From: Mizuhopecten yessoensis
Taxonomy: Eukaryota
DNA length: 64,000 nucleotides
NCBI RefSeq assembly: GCF_002113885.1
Contig: NW_018480050.1
Span: 306,286-370,285, forward strand
Direction: 5' to 3'
Each line of letters starts with the position of its first letter. Positions within the stretch are counted from its first letter, which is position 1. Under the pieces are notes generated by a model. The model was not told where the DNA came from, did no database searches, and was given only the letters and a program-made list of their open reading frames with translations. Shown one piece after another: positions 27,206-39,880 of the stretch. A program made the translations under genes and the position numbers.

Positions 27206-30200
27206 TCACATGAGAACCGAGTCGATCTCATGAAGAACGCCGTTGGTGGCTGATCTGTCTGCATTAACGATGGTGGCCGTGACATTGCCGAATTTCACTG
27301 ACGTTGCATCTACAACATCAAGAGAAAATCCAGACATAGTGAGGGTACATACAGTTCAAAGAAAGTGATGTTAAAACACCATTCTAGTTTTATTCTTCTG
27401 TCAATTTAATCTCGGCAACGATCTGCAACTGTAATATGCAATTGATTTTTTTGACTTCGAGTTCGTGTTTCAAGTATAAGGAATGGGAAATACTTAAATT
27501 TGTGGAAATACAATGTAAAAAATATTTAATATCATTATACAATTACATATATGTACATGAAAAGTTGAATATATTGAGCACACAAAATGTTAAGATATTA
27601 TTATGGTGGCAGTTTTGAACCTTCTCAAAACGTGAACAGTTGGTATCACGTTATGAGACAAACTTCTTGAATTTAACATACGTTCAAAACAAACCAAGTT
27701 TGGTATCAAAGATGTAATAAAAGGTCTCTGACTGACACAACTATTTGTGATTTACAAAGGGGTTTTGATGCTTTTTCAAATACATCACAACCACTCACCA
27801 CGTCCCTATGAACATAAATTTAATAAACAAAACCGAATTTAAAGCTGGCATTACAGGCGTAGTTGTATAAGAACAGCAAAGATAAAGAAATTCTGGAAGG
27901 TATCAAAACTGTCTAAACACGAATCCTGTCGACGCAGAAAGGGACGGAACAGCATGAATTTAACAATACACAGCATTTACAAGTGGGGAGACGTTTTCTA
28001 GTAGGAATGTTTTCAATAAAGACTACTATAAAAGTAGTTACACTATTGCTTGATTATGAATATATGCTGCCCTGTTACAGGAAAGGACTAATAAGATGGC
28101 ATAACTTGTTTCCAATCCTTTGTTCATGTTTATCCAACATAATTTAACCGATAACGCCGATGCGTATATTGTATGAAAGACATTAAAACTTACTTGCGCT
28201 AAAATCGGCCCCGCTCAAAGTCTTTCCTGTCCCAATGACTTTAATTCCAGCACTGTATATTGTAGAGGACACAATGTGATTTTGTAATACCGCTGAAACA
28301 ATTAAAAAAACATATTACAGATTGCAAAGAAATGAAACCCTGATTTTACCCTAGATAATTTAGATATACATGTACTTGGATGACAATGTTTTATATTGGT
28401 CTGTCGTTTCAATTTTCAATTCCAAAAATGCATTCTTACCAAGAAATTTAAATAACAAGTTAAGGGTATAAATAACGTAATTTTAAATATAAATTACAAA
28501 ATACAGAACTTAAAACACAAGTTTAAATATATAAATCACAACGTTTGCATTGTAAAAGTTATAATTTAAAAAAAAAAAACCCACATCGAAATGGTTTTCA
28601 CGCCATATATATACCGCATAATTATTTTAATCAAATATATATGCAGTGGACTAGCATTGCCCGACACGTAACCTCAACATTTCCTATTACGGAACAGCTG
28701 ATTTTGTGGAAATTAACACCACTGATTGAATGTAATCTTTTGTCAATATCATCAATAGCATGTTATACCCATGGAGGTCCATGTGACTGGTCCCAGTGCA
28801 ATACATTTAGTAAATGTAAGCTGGAATGGAATCAAATCTATAACAATGTCCATCTTATGGAATGCATATACTTACTTATCAATTTAGGAATATTTGAAAG
28901 AAGACCAGCGACAGCTCCGGCCGGTAACTTGGAGAATGCTTCATCATTCGGGGCAAACAACGTGTAGGTACCTTCTGAAATAGGAGAGAGTACATGTGTC
29001 AGTGTAAAACGAACAGAACATACCAAGAGTAGGTACCTTCTGAAATAGGAGAGAGTATATGTGTCAGTGTAAAACGAACAGAACATACGAACAGTAGGTA
29101 CCTTCTGAAATAGGAGAGAGTATATGTGTCAGTGTAAAACGAACAGAATATACGAAGTGTAGGTACCTTCTGAAATAGGAAAGCGTACATGTGTCAGTGT
29201 AACACGAACAGAACATACGAAGTGTAGGTACCTTCTTAAATAGGAGAGAGTACATGTGTCAGTGTAAAACGAACAGACCATACGAAGTTTAGGTACCTTC
29301 TGAAATAGGAGAGAGTACATGTGGCAGTGTAAAACGAACAGAACATACGAAGTGTAGGTACATATGTGTCAGTGTAAAACTAACAGAACATACGAAGGGT
29401 AGGTACCTTCTGAAATAGGAAAGAGTACATGTGTCAATGTAAAACGAACAGAACATACGAAGTGTAGGTGCCTTCTGAAATAGGAAAGAGTACATGTGTC
29501 AGTGTAAATCGAACAGAACATAAGAAGTGTAGGTACCTTCTGAAATAGGAGAGAGTACATGTGTCAGTTTAAAACGAACAGAACATACGAAGTGTAGGTA
29601 CCGTCTGAAATAGGAGAGAGTACATGTGTCAGTGTAAAACGAACAGACCATACGAAGTTTAGGTACCTTCTGAAATAGGAGAGAGTACATGTGTCAGTTT
29701 AAAACGAACAGAACATACGAAGTGTAGGTAACTTCTGAAATAGGAAAGAGAATATGTGTCAGTGTAAAACGAACAGAACATACGAAGTGTATAGGTACCT
29801 TCTGAAATAGGAGAGAGTATATGTGTCAGTGTAAAACGAACAGAATATACGAAGTGTATGTACCCTCTGAAATAGGAGAGAGTACATGTGTCAGTGTAAA
29901 ACGAACAGACCATACGAAGTTTAGGTACCTTCTGAAATAGGAGAGAGTACATGTCTCAGTGTAAAACGAACAGAACATACGAAGTGTATAGGTACCTTCT
30001 GAAATAGGAGAGAGTATATGTGTCAGTGTAAAACGAACAGAACATACGAACAGTAGGTACCTTCTGAAATAGGAGAGAGTATATGTGTCAGAGAAAACGA
30101 ACAGAACACACGAAGTGTAGGTACCTTCTGAAATAGGAAAGAGCACATGTGTCAGTGTAAAACGAACAGAACATACCAAGAGTAGGTACCTTCTGAAATA

Positions 30201-33200
30201 GGAGAGAGTACATGTGACAGTGTAAAACGAACAGAACATACGAAGTGTAGGTAACTTCTGAAATAGGAAAGAGAATATGTGTCAGTGTAAAACGAACAGA
30301 ACATACGAAGAGTAGGTACCTTCTGAAATAGGAGATAGTATATGTGTCAGTGTAAAACGAACAGAACATACGACGAGTAGGTACCTTCTGAAATAGGAGA
30401 GAGTATATGTGTCAGAGAAAACGAACAGAACATACGAAGTGTAGGTACCGTCTGAAATAGGAGAGAGTACATGTGTCAGTGTAAAACGAACAAAACATAC
30501 GAAGTGTAGGTACCTTCTGAAATAGGGGAGAGTACATGTGTCAGTGTAAAACGAACAGAACATACCAAGAGTAGGTACCTTCTGAAATAGGAGAGAGTAT
30601 ATGTGTCAGAGAAAACGAACAGAACATACGAAGTGTAGGTACCGTCTGAAATAGGAGAGAGTACATGTGTCAGTGTAAAACGAACAGACCATACGAAGAG
30701 TAGGTACCTTCTGAAATAGGAAAGAGTACATGTGTCAATGTAAAACGAACAGAACACACGAAGTGTAGGTACCTTCTGAAATAGGAAAGAGTATATGTGT
30801 CAGTGTAAAACGAACAGAATATACGAAGTGTATGTACCCTCTGAAATAGGAGAGAGTACATGTGTCAGTGTAAAACGAACAAAACATACGAAGTGTAGGT
30901 ACCTTCTGAAATAGGAGAGAGGACATGTGTCAGTGTAAAACGAACAGAACATACCAAGAGTAGGTACCTTCTGAAATAGGAGAGAGTACATGTGGCAGTG
31001 TAAAACGAACAGAACATACGAAGTGTAGGTGCCTTCTGAAATAGGAAAGAGTACATGTGTCAATGTAAAACGAACAGAACATACGAAGAGTAGGTACCTT
31101 CTGAAATAGGAAAGAGTACATGTGTCAGTGTAAAACGAACGGAACATACGAAGTGTAGGTACCTTCTGAAATAGGAAAGAGCACATGTGTCAGTGTAAAA
31201 CGAACAGAACATACGAAGTGTAGGTACCTCCTGAAATAGGAGAGAGTACATGTGTCAATGTAAAACGAACAGAACATACGAAGTGTAGGTACCTTCTGAA
31301 ATAGGAAAGAGTACATGTGTCAGTGTAAAACGAACAGAACATACGAAGTGTAGGTACCTTCTGAAATAGGAGAGAGTACATGTGTCAGTGTAAAACGAAC
31401 AGAACATACGAAGTGTATAGGTACCTTCTGAAATAGGAGAGAGTATATGTGTCAGTGTAAAACGAACAGAACATACGAAGAGTACGATAATGAGATAATT
31501 ACAAATAATATCTCAAAAACAACAAAGAAACAAACTTCACATGAATATAATATTTGTTGATGCCTTCTTTAACGGCTTACATAAACAAACTATTTCGATG
31601 TTAATATTTTTCTGTTGCCATGCTTTCACGTAATTTAGTAAACTTCATGGTTCCATCGCATTTACAAATAATTATGATATTCATTTAACCATAAGCATAC
31701 TAAACAATGTATTTTGGGCTTAAGACATCATGCAGTTTAACAAAAATTGTGACAAACATATCAGATATATATATATGTATATATTTATATTGCGAGTTCA
31801 AGACGGTGGGTTGGTGTGGTGAGCTGAGGATATTTCTAGGCTAGCCGTAGATCGTGAGTTCGAGTCCTTGAAGGAACTTAAGTCATAAAAGTGTCTTGTG
31901 TTTCTATTTCATTGATTCAATGTATCATATACAATAGAGTATGTTGATCCGAAGGTTAAATATACGAACTACCTGCCGTTATTGTTCAATAAACCAAAAC
32001 TTGTATTTGAAAAAGCTTGTTTTTCTTATATTTTCATAACAGGATTATTATGATGACTCTTTTGTCCAAAGTCCATGCAATCTTTGATCTTTATTAGATT
32101 TTGCGTTCTTTGATTTATCCTGAAATTTGCTCCTTTTTTCTTTATAGGCCTCGCATGATATGTAACGCCATTACGTCACTAAATAATTATTCTGACGTCA
32201 TTACCTTTAAGGGTGTCGAGAAGTTGTGCCTTTGCCGCCAGGAGCAGAAGGGTTTGGTAGGACCCCGTGTTGGCTATGTATTCATATAGACTTCCACTCG
32301 GTAGCGGGTACATCACACGGTCCAATAGGTGGATCACACCGTTCGTGGCGTTTTCGTCTCCCCTAATGATTACCGCCCCTGACGACGTGATTACCTGCAA
32401 CTGTTTGTTTGCATTATTACGTGATAGGTAATATTCCAGGTCATTTGACGATGTGTGTAAGAAGATAACATAACAATACAGAAGGAAAGAGAAGGAAAAC
32501 ATTAAAATCTAAGACATCTCTGTGGATGTTGGTCTTGTGACAATCGGGAATAGTCGGTACATTCCGTAAACGATCTTGCGTTTGCAGAAATTTTTCCAGG
32601 AAATCTGTTTCTCAGATACATGTTGGCCAATGAATAGTTGGTTTCCTGTTACATGTTTGAAAATATTAGGTTATGTCGTAAGGTAATACATCTTATTGTA
32701 TAAAGTTTCTACATAGAGCAGTAATCCTGACTGTAACAGTGCCTCCTTAAGACCTCCCAAACGATTTAGGTAGGCATGATAACCGGACACAAACAACGTT
32801 TGTATTCGATCGTATGTATATTTTGAAATGGATATAATAATCCAGAAAGTCATGCTAATTTGAAAACCTCTGGAGAAGCATGGGAGGCGCGTATGTAAAC
32901 GTTATGAAATTCGCTGCAATTTCAACATGGTGTCTTGACAAAGAGTAGTCAACGGGATGGAAGTGTGGCCTTATCTCTCCCAACCACAATTACATCGGCA
33001 TTCACCACGTCGTTACAGGGGCAGCAACCCAGTGTTTAAAAAGATATAAACATTATAATCTCTTGTAGGTGTATAACTAGTTGAAGGCTATAACCTTCAC
33101 TATATATATTGAAGGTTATATCAACATATTAAATTTTATTCAGGCCTACCAATCTAGTACACTCTGTTCACAAAGTCCATTGTGAAAATTCGCTAGTAAA

Positions 33201-35814
33201 GCACCCTACAGAGTTGAAGGACAGATCATGGGAAATAATCATTTTGATAGTCATTTTTTATTTTATTTTTTATTTATGGTGCTTAATTGAAGTAACCAGG
33301 GAAACATCAAAGTGCGGAAATAATAAATGAGTGCAAATATGTTCTGCCCAGGGTACATTCCAACACTATGGATAGCCTACTATGGTCACGCCATTGGTGC
33401 GTTTTACAACTATAGCTATATTCTTACATCGATTACATTCGATAGGTTAGAATCAATGTTTAAGACATGACATTTTCAAGAACAATTGAGTACAAACTAA
33501 AAATAGAAATGGTAAATTCAAACATCCTGTTAAGTGGACAAATATTTCAATAATTTTCGTGACTGACTTACAGTTGTGTTTGCTTTCGAGTACTTGTTGA
33601 ATCGGACCGCTTGACCGCCGGAAGCATCGGAGGGCAATATTTGATCGTTGACCAGTTGGGTGGTGTTAGTGGAGTGAGGTAATATGTGGTAGAGCAGAAT
33701 CTCCCTCATAGTGTTATTGTTTGACATCACATCCTGTGGCAGGCGTCCAAACGCCAGATCAGCCGGTAACAATATAGTTGCATCTGTAAAGGACATGATT
33801 TTTAACGTTAATGTTACCTAATGTTTATGGTTTCCAAAGAAATGAATTAATCATTTTGTTAATAGAGGCACGGCAATCTAGTGGTAGGACGCCGGGCTCG
33901 TGACCGAAGGGTTGCGGGGTCGAGTCACGGCACGGCACTGTGTTGTATCTTTGAGCAAGACACTTTTCTCCGCTTGTTCCAGTCCACTCAGCTGTAAATG
34001 AGTACGTGGTTGGGCAGTGCCAGAATTGTTGAATGCTAGCTGTTAGCGCCGAAATGGCAGCTCCGGCTAAATGCTCCCCAGGGAGTATTAACCACGGATA
34101 ATAATTTGTGAACCGCTTTGAGACGACCTACGAACTAGGTTGTGATAAAGCGGTATATAAGAACCTCAAATTATTATTATTAATAATAATAAAGGAACAC
34201 GTTAACAAAGAGTTACAGTGGATTTTATAATTTCTCATTGTAGTTCCATTTCGTTTTTCGATAAAACTGTCTTTTTGATCCGGTTTGCTGTTATTCACTC
34301 TAGGGCGTAATTTACAACGTAGTTTCAATGGAAAATCTGAGAACAATAACACCTATTTTGGAAATAAACCTGAAAACTTCATAAATTGACAATTTGACAT
34401 AACTTAAATATCTGTAATGGTGCCTGTATATGATATCAAATTAGACATTAGTTGATTATCTGTTAGCGATATGAATGCATCAGTTATGGATTTCATTAAG
34501 GTGAATCTGTGGTTATATACACACGAGAAAGACATATTAATCGAGTGGAAGTCCAACAAATTAATTGGTTATTACCTTTAAAAAATAAAGATGGACGTCA
34601 TGAGAAAAGTGCTGCTTTGGTAGAGATCTTTATGATGTAACGATTGAAGTGAACAGAATAGTAACGTAGTTGTTTCTAAAAATAGTACCACTGAGTCAAT
34701 ATCACAAATCACTAACCTCCACGTGATTATGATCTAACCAATAAGGATGAGGAAAAGACTGTGTCTTATGTGGCGTTGATACGCGAGCAGACTTGTTCGT
34801 AAATTAAAATATTCCACAAATGACCATACGACATTCACCACTAGAGATATAGAAGTAGTATCGTCCCAATCTCAGAATTAAGTATTCCCCAATAAGGCCT
34901 ACGTGCATACCTCGCGATATACAGTACACATGCAAATAAAATGACTTGCTGTGTTTGATAATGTCTTATGTTAAAAACCTGTAAAAAACTTAATGTTAAC
35001 CAAAAGCCGTTGATAAGAAAACTGTTTTTAATCGCAGACGAACGAGATACAATGGAAGCGGTTATGGAAGTGATAATAATCTGTATCGCTTGTTCAAACT
35101 AAAATTAAACGTATCTACCGTGATAACGGGCGTATATTTAGTGGAGGCCTATGTCTGTATTTAGTGTAGGCCTATGTCTGTATTTAGTGTAGGCCTATGT
35201 CTGTATTTAGTACAGGCCTATGTCTGTATTTAGTGCAGGCCTATGTCTGTATTTAGTGTAGGCCTATGTCTGTATTTAGTGCAGGCCTATGTCTGTATTT
35301 AGTGTAGGCCTATGTCTGTATTTAGTGTAGGCCTATGTCTGTATTTAGTGCAGGCTTTTACAATGGGGATGGTATTGAGTTTGGGTTTGTATCCCAATAA
35401 ACTGATTATTTATTCTCGCGTTACTACAAATTAGTTAATTCAAGTAGAAGTTGGAAACAAACGTAATTAGCATGTGTCATGTTTTCTTCCGACTGGTGGT
35501 TCGTTGTATGGCACCTCTAGATACTTTAGATGAAATTAATATCGACTAGACAACGCCACGTTATTTATATATTTCTTTCAACAGAACACGACCATATATC
35601 AATATGGTGTTTCATTAGATCACCTACCTTTTGTTTGATTGAGTGTTTTCCAAAGTCCGGTAACGGTTACATACTTTAAAAAGGTTTTAGCTCCGTAAAG
35701 TTTACAACAATCTAAAATGTTCATTCCCCACTCGCATGCATTACTGCATTCAGGGTAAGACACAGAAAATATCAGACACAACAGGACAAATCTCGTTACA
35801 TTACACATCGCCAT
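27206..35814 (-). CDS. Secreted two-FAS1 domain protein, paralog C (296 aa, divergent, Cys-rich N-terminus)
   Basis: Exons 35814-35628, 33783-33572, 32394-32205, 28974-28876, 28292-28194, 27309-27206 (187/212/190/99/99/104 nt). Motifs ATILLPADLAF, LLYHIL, NGVIHLLDRVMYP, YTLFAPNDEAF, LQNHIV, NGVLHEIDSVLM. Confidence 0.9.
28962..31485 (-). repeat. 65-bp minisatellite (about 38 copies) made of the FAS-C intron 3 / exon 4 junction
   Basis: Minus-strand unit gtatgttctgttcgttttacactgacacatgtactctctcctatttcag|AAGGTACCTACACttc. The last copy is the real acceptor of exon 4. Confidence 0.95.
33864..34190 (+). mobile_element. tRNA-derived SINE with CORE/Deu-like body and (TTA)n tail
   Basis: A-box-like ggcaatctagtgg and B-box-like ggtcgagtc. 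Body tttgagcaagacactt...gtccactcagctgtaaatgagtac...tggcagc...ctccccagggag. Tail aaagcggtatataa...(tta)n. Confidence 0.75.
35146..35355. repeat. 23-bp tandem repeat, about 9 copies
   Basis: Unit ggcctatgtctgtatttagtg(t/c)a in FAS-C intron 1. Confidence 0.92.
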
Positions 35815-36760
35815 TGTGATATCAAATGAAATGTGACGCGTTAAATGCATGTGACGGATTTTATCATACGAGAACACCATCAGTAGTTATCTACAGCAAG
35901 TCTTAACAAGGATATGACGGGCTAGTCAAGGTTATCAAAGCTGCAAGTACACACCTCAAGGTCAATGACCGACTTCAAGTCCACATTCCTTTTAATATTC
36001 CCATCCGCTCGCAAATGTTTACTTTCTTTTTATTGTGTACATATTAAGCTGGCAGTGCAAATTTAAAAGCTTTGAATTGTAAAAAAAAAAAAAAGTTCCA
36101 ATATTCCCAACTTTGCATATTAACAAAACTATGGTATTGTATTTCCATCATTGCTGATCGGTGTATATAACCTGTATCAATTCTGCATAAATATACAACC
36201 AACTTCCAATTAGGTCACACGCATGAAAACCACCGATGTGAAATCGAGACCGATTGATAAATGACCCAAACAATGTCCGGAGAGTTTATTTCATAAAAAG
36301 CTATTGGTAATTTATCAATTTAATAATTTATCTTAATATAAGGTTCTAGTTATAGTTCCGTCACAAATAAAATTATACTGGTGCCTCAGTCAGGCAATCT
36401 GGTAAGGTAAGCAACGTCTGTATCACACATGATTTCCGTCACAAATAGAATTATACTGGTGCCAAAGTCAGGCAATCTGGTGAGGTAAGCAACGTCTGTA
36501 TCACACATGGCTTCCGTCACCAAAAAATTATACTGGTGCCACAGTCAGGCAATCAGGTAAGGTAAGCAACGTCTGTATCACACATGGCTTCCGTCACAAA
36601 AAAAAATTATACTGGTGCCACAGTCAGGCAATCTGGTAAGGTAAGCAACGTATGTATCACACATGGCTTCCATCACAAATAGAATTATACTGGTGCCACA
36701 GTCAGGCAATCAGGTAAGGTAAGCAACGCCTGTATCACACATGGCTTCCGTCACACACAA

Positions 36761-38364
36761 AACAAGAGGCCCAGAGGGCCTGTATCGCTCACCTGGATAC
36801 CTAAGCAATCATGGCAAACTATTCTCCAAATGAGATCAAGGGAATATGCCAGACCCCAAGGCCAATCCTTGTAGCATAGCTATATTAGATTTTTCATGCC
36901 CAGCAATTTTATGTATGGTTATGGGGTGGGGATCTCAACTGTTTCCACGCTTTGACTCAGAAACTAGGTCCCTAGAGTTGTGGCCAGACCCCAGGATCGA
37001 TTCTAATATCNNNNNNNNNNNNNNNNNNNNNNNNNNNNNNNNNNNNNNNNNNNNNNNNNNNNNNNNNNNNNNNNNNNNNNNNNNNNNNNNNNNNNNNNNN
37101 NNNNNNNNNNNNNNNNNNNNNNNNNNNNNNNNNNNNNNNNNNNNNNNNNNNNNNNNNNNNNNNNNNNNNNNNNNNNNNNNNNNNNNNNNNNNNNNNNNNN
37201 NNNNNNNNNNNNNNNNNNNNNNNNNNNNNNNNNNNNNNNNNNNNNNNNNNNNNNNNNNNNNNNNNNNNNNNNNNNNNNNNNNNNNNNNNNNNNNNNNNNN
37301 NNNNNNNNNNNNNNNNNNNNNNNNNNNNNNNNNNNNNNNNNNNNNNNNNNNNNNNNNNNNNNNNNNNNNNNNNNNNNNNNNNNNNNNNNNNNNNNNNNNN
37401 NNNNNNNNNNNNNNNNNNNNNNNNNNNNNNNNNNNNNNNNNNNNNNNNNNNNNNNNNNNNNNNNNNNNNNNNNNNNNNNNNNNNNNNNNNNNNNNNNNNN
37501 NNNNNNNNNNNNNNNNNNNNNNNNNNNNNNNNNNNNNNNNNNNNNNNNNNNNNNNNNTTGATCAAATATGATTGATATCCAGTGCACAGTTCTACAGAAG
37601 AAGTCGTTTGTAGCAATATAGCCAAATTGCCCCCTTTTGGCCCCGCCCGTAAGCCCCCTGGGGAGTCAGCCCCACCATTTGTAAAATTTTCAATTACCAT
37701 CACCTAGGGATGGTTCCAGTCAAATATGGTTGATATCCATCACTTAGTTCCAGAGAAGAAGTAGCTTAAAGCAGTATAGCCAAATAACCTTTTTCGGCTC
37801 AGCCCCCTGTGGGGTCAGCCACACCATTTGTACAATTTTGAATCTCTACCTCTCATAAATGCTTTTAATCAAATATGATTGATATCCAGTGAATAGTTCT
37901 ACAGAAGAAGTCGTTTGTAGCAATATAGCCAAATTGCCCCCTTTTGGCCCCGCCCGTAGGCCCCCTGGGGAGTCAGCCCCACCATTTGTAAAATTTTCAA
38001 TTACCATCACCTAGGGATGCTTCCAGTCAAATATGGTTGATATCCACTTCTTAGTTTCAGAGAAGAAGTCGCTGAAAGCAATATGGGCAAATTGACCCTT
38101 TTTGGCCCAGCCCTTCAGCCCCCTGGGGGGTCAGCCCCACCATTTGTACAATTTTAAATCCCCACCACCTAGGGATACTTCCAGTCAAATTTAGTTTAAT
38201 TCCAACCAATGGTTAAGAAGAAGTCGTTTAAAGAAATTGTTGACGTACGGACGTACGTACCTACGTACGGACAGACGGACGGACGACGGACGGACGACAG
38301 ACGGACGACGGATGCCACGGTATGGCATAAGCTCACCTTGGTCCTTCGGACCAGGTGAGCTAAA
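36761..38364 (+). mobile_element. Non-autonomous Helentron-like element (HINE) with internal 149-158-bp tandem repeats; contains the assembly gap
   Basis: One end reads aacaagaggccc...gctcacctg. The other end has a (GACG)n-like microsatellite and the hairpin gctcaccttggtcc-ttc-ggaccaggtgagc followed by taaa. Inserted in an A-rich site, with no TSD seen. Confidence 0.75.
37011..37557. other. Assembly gap (N run)
   Basis: 547 Ns. Confidence 1.
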
Positions 38365-39394
38365 TATACTGGTGCCACAGTCAGGCAATCAGGTAAGGTA
38401 AGCAACGTCTGTATCACACATGGCTTCCGTCACAAATAGAATTATACTGGTGCCAAAGTCAGGCAATCTGGTAGGGTAAGCAACGTCTGTATCACATATG
38501 GCTTCCGTCACAAATAGAATTATACTGGTGCCACAGTCAGGCAATCTGGTAAGGTAAGCAACATCTGTATCACACATGGCTTCCGTCACAAATATAATTA
38601 TACTGGTGCCACAGTCAGGCAATCTGGTAGGGTATGCAACATCTGTATCACACATGGCTTCCGTCACAAATAGAATTATACTGGTGCCACAGTCAGCCAA
38701 TCAGGAAGGGTATGCAATATCTGGATCACACATGGCTTCCGTCACAAATAAAATTATACTGGTGCCAAAGTCAGGCAATCTGGTAGGGTATGCAACATCT
38801 GTATCACACATGGCTTCCGTCACAAATAGAATTATACTGGTGCCACAGTCAGGCAATCTGGTAAGGTTAGCAACATCTGTTTTACACATGGCTTCCGTCA
38901 CATATAGAATTATACTGGTGCCACAGTCAGCCAATCTGGAAGGGTATGCAATATCTTGATCACACATGGCTTCCGTCACAAATTAAATTATACTGGTGGC
39001 ACAGTCAGGCAATCTGGTAAGGTTAGCAACATCTGTATCACACATGGCTTCTGTCACAAATGGAATTATACTGGTGCCACAGTCAGGCAATCTGGTAAGG
39101 TAAGCAATATCTTTATCACACATGGCTTCTGTCACAAATAGAATTATACTGGTGCCAAAGTCAGGCAATCTGGTAAGGTAAGCAACATCTGTATCACACA
39201 TGGCTTCTGTCACAAATGGAATTATACTGGTGCCAAAGTCAGGCAATCTGGTAAGGTAAGCAACATCTGTATCACACATGGCTTCTGTCACAAATAGAAT
39301 TATACTGGTGCTACAGTCAGGCAATCTGGTAGGGTATGCAACATCTGTATCACACATGGATTCCGTCACAAAGACTTCTTTGTATACAAATCTT

Positions 39395-39741
39395 AAACTA
39401 GACAAAGTAAGGTTACTGGACAGGACAAGGCTACTTTGTATATAGATCTAGAACTAGACAAAGTCAGGTTACTGGACAGGACAAGTCCACTTTGTATATA
39501 GATCTAGAACTACACAGTCAGGTTACTGGACAGGGCAAGGCTGCTTCCTATACAGATAAAGAACTAGACAAAGTCAGGTTACTGGACAGGGCAAGACTAC
39601 TTTGTATATAGATCTAGAACTAGACAATGTCAGGTTACTGGACAGGGCAAGGCTGCTTTGTTTATAGATCTAGAACTACACAAAGTCAGGTTACTGGACA
39701 GGGCAAGTCTACATTGTATATAGATCTAGAACTAGACAAAG
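39395..39741. repeat. Tandem repeat of about 56 bp, about 6 copies
   Basis: Unit ctagacaaagtcaggttactggacagggcaaggctactttgtatatagatctagaa. Confidence 0.88.
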
Positions 39742-39880
39742 TTTCCACTTGGAAATGAACCAAATATACAAAAAAGTATCATTTATTTGGCCCGAAGGGC
39801 CAAGTGAGCTTATGGCATGGTGCTGTGTCCGTCGTCTGTCTTCTCAGTAACCAAAAGGCCTTCGGTCCAGGTGAGCTTAT

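Larger units (their letters stand above)
36355..39372. repeat. 78-bp tandem repeat (about 18 copies) interrupted by a HINE-like insertion
   Basis: Unit tatactggtgccacagtcaggcaatctggtaaggtaagcaacatctgtatcacacatggcttccgtcacaaatagaat at 36355-36755 and 38365-39372. Confidence 0.92.

Noticed and set aside
28194-28292. Intron sliding in FAS-C (exon 5 is 99 nt against 111 nt)
   Set aside because: The phase is unchanged and the difference is equally explained by a small in-frame indel in a loop.
28838-31381. Series of 63-137-aa ORFs
   Set aside because: Frame-rotating translations of the 65-bp repeat. Only 28974-28876 is coding.
31800-31875. tRNA-like sequence with GTTCGAGTCC (likewise 33864, 53060, 58210, 60420)
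   Set aside because: No intact cloverleaf. These are SINE heads, not tRNA genes.
36846-37703. ORFs of about 200-240 aa
   Set aside because: They consist mostly of the N gap.
38389-39405. ORFs with a 26-aa Cys-containing repeat, and AAG|GTAAGC donor-like sites in the 78-mer
   Set aside because: Interrupted by stops and a transposon. No adjoining unique exon was found, so this is not counted as a junction array.
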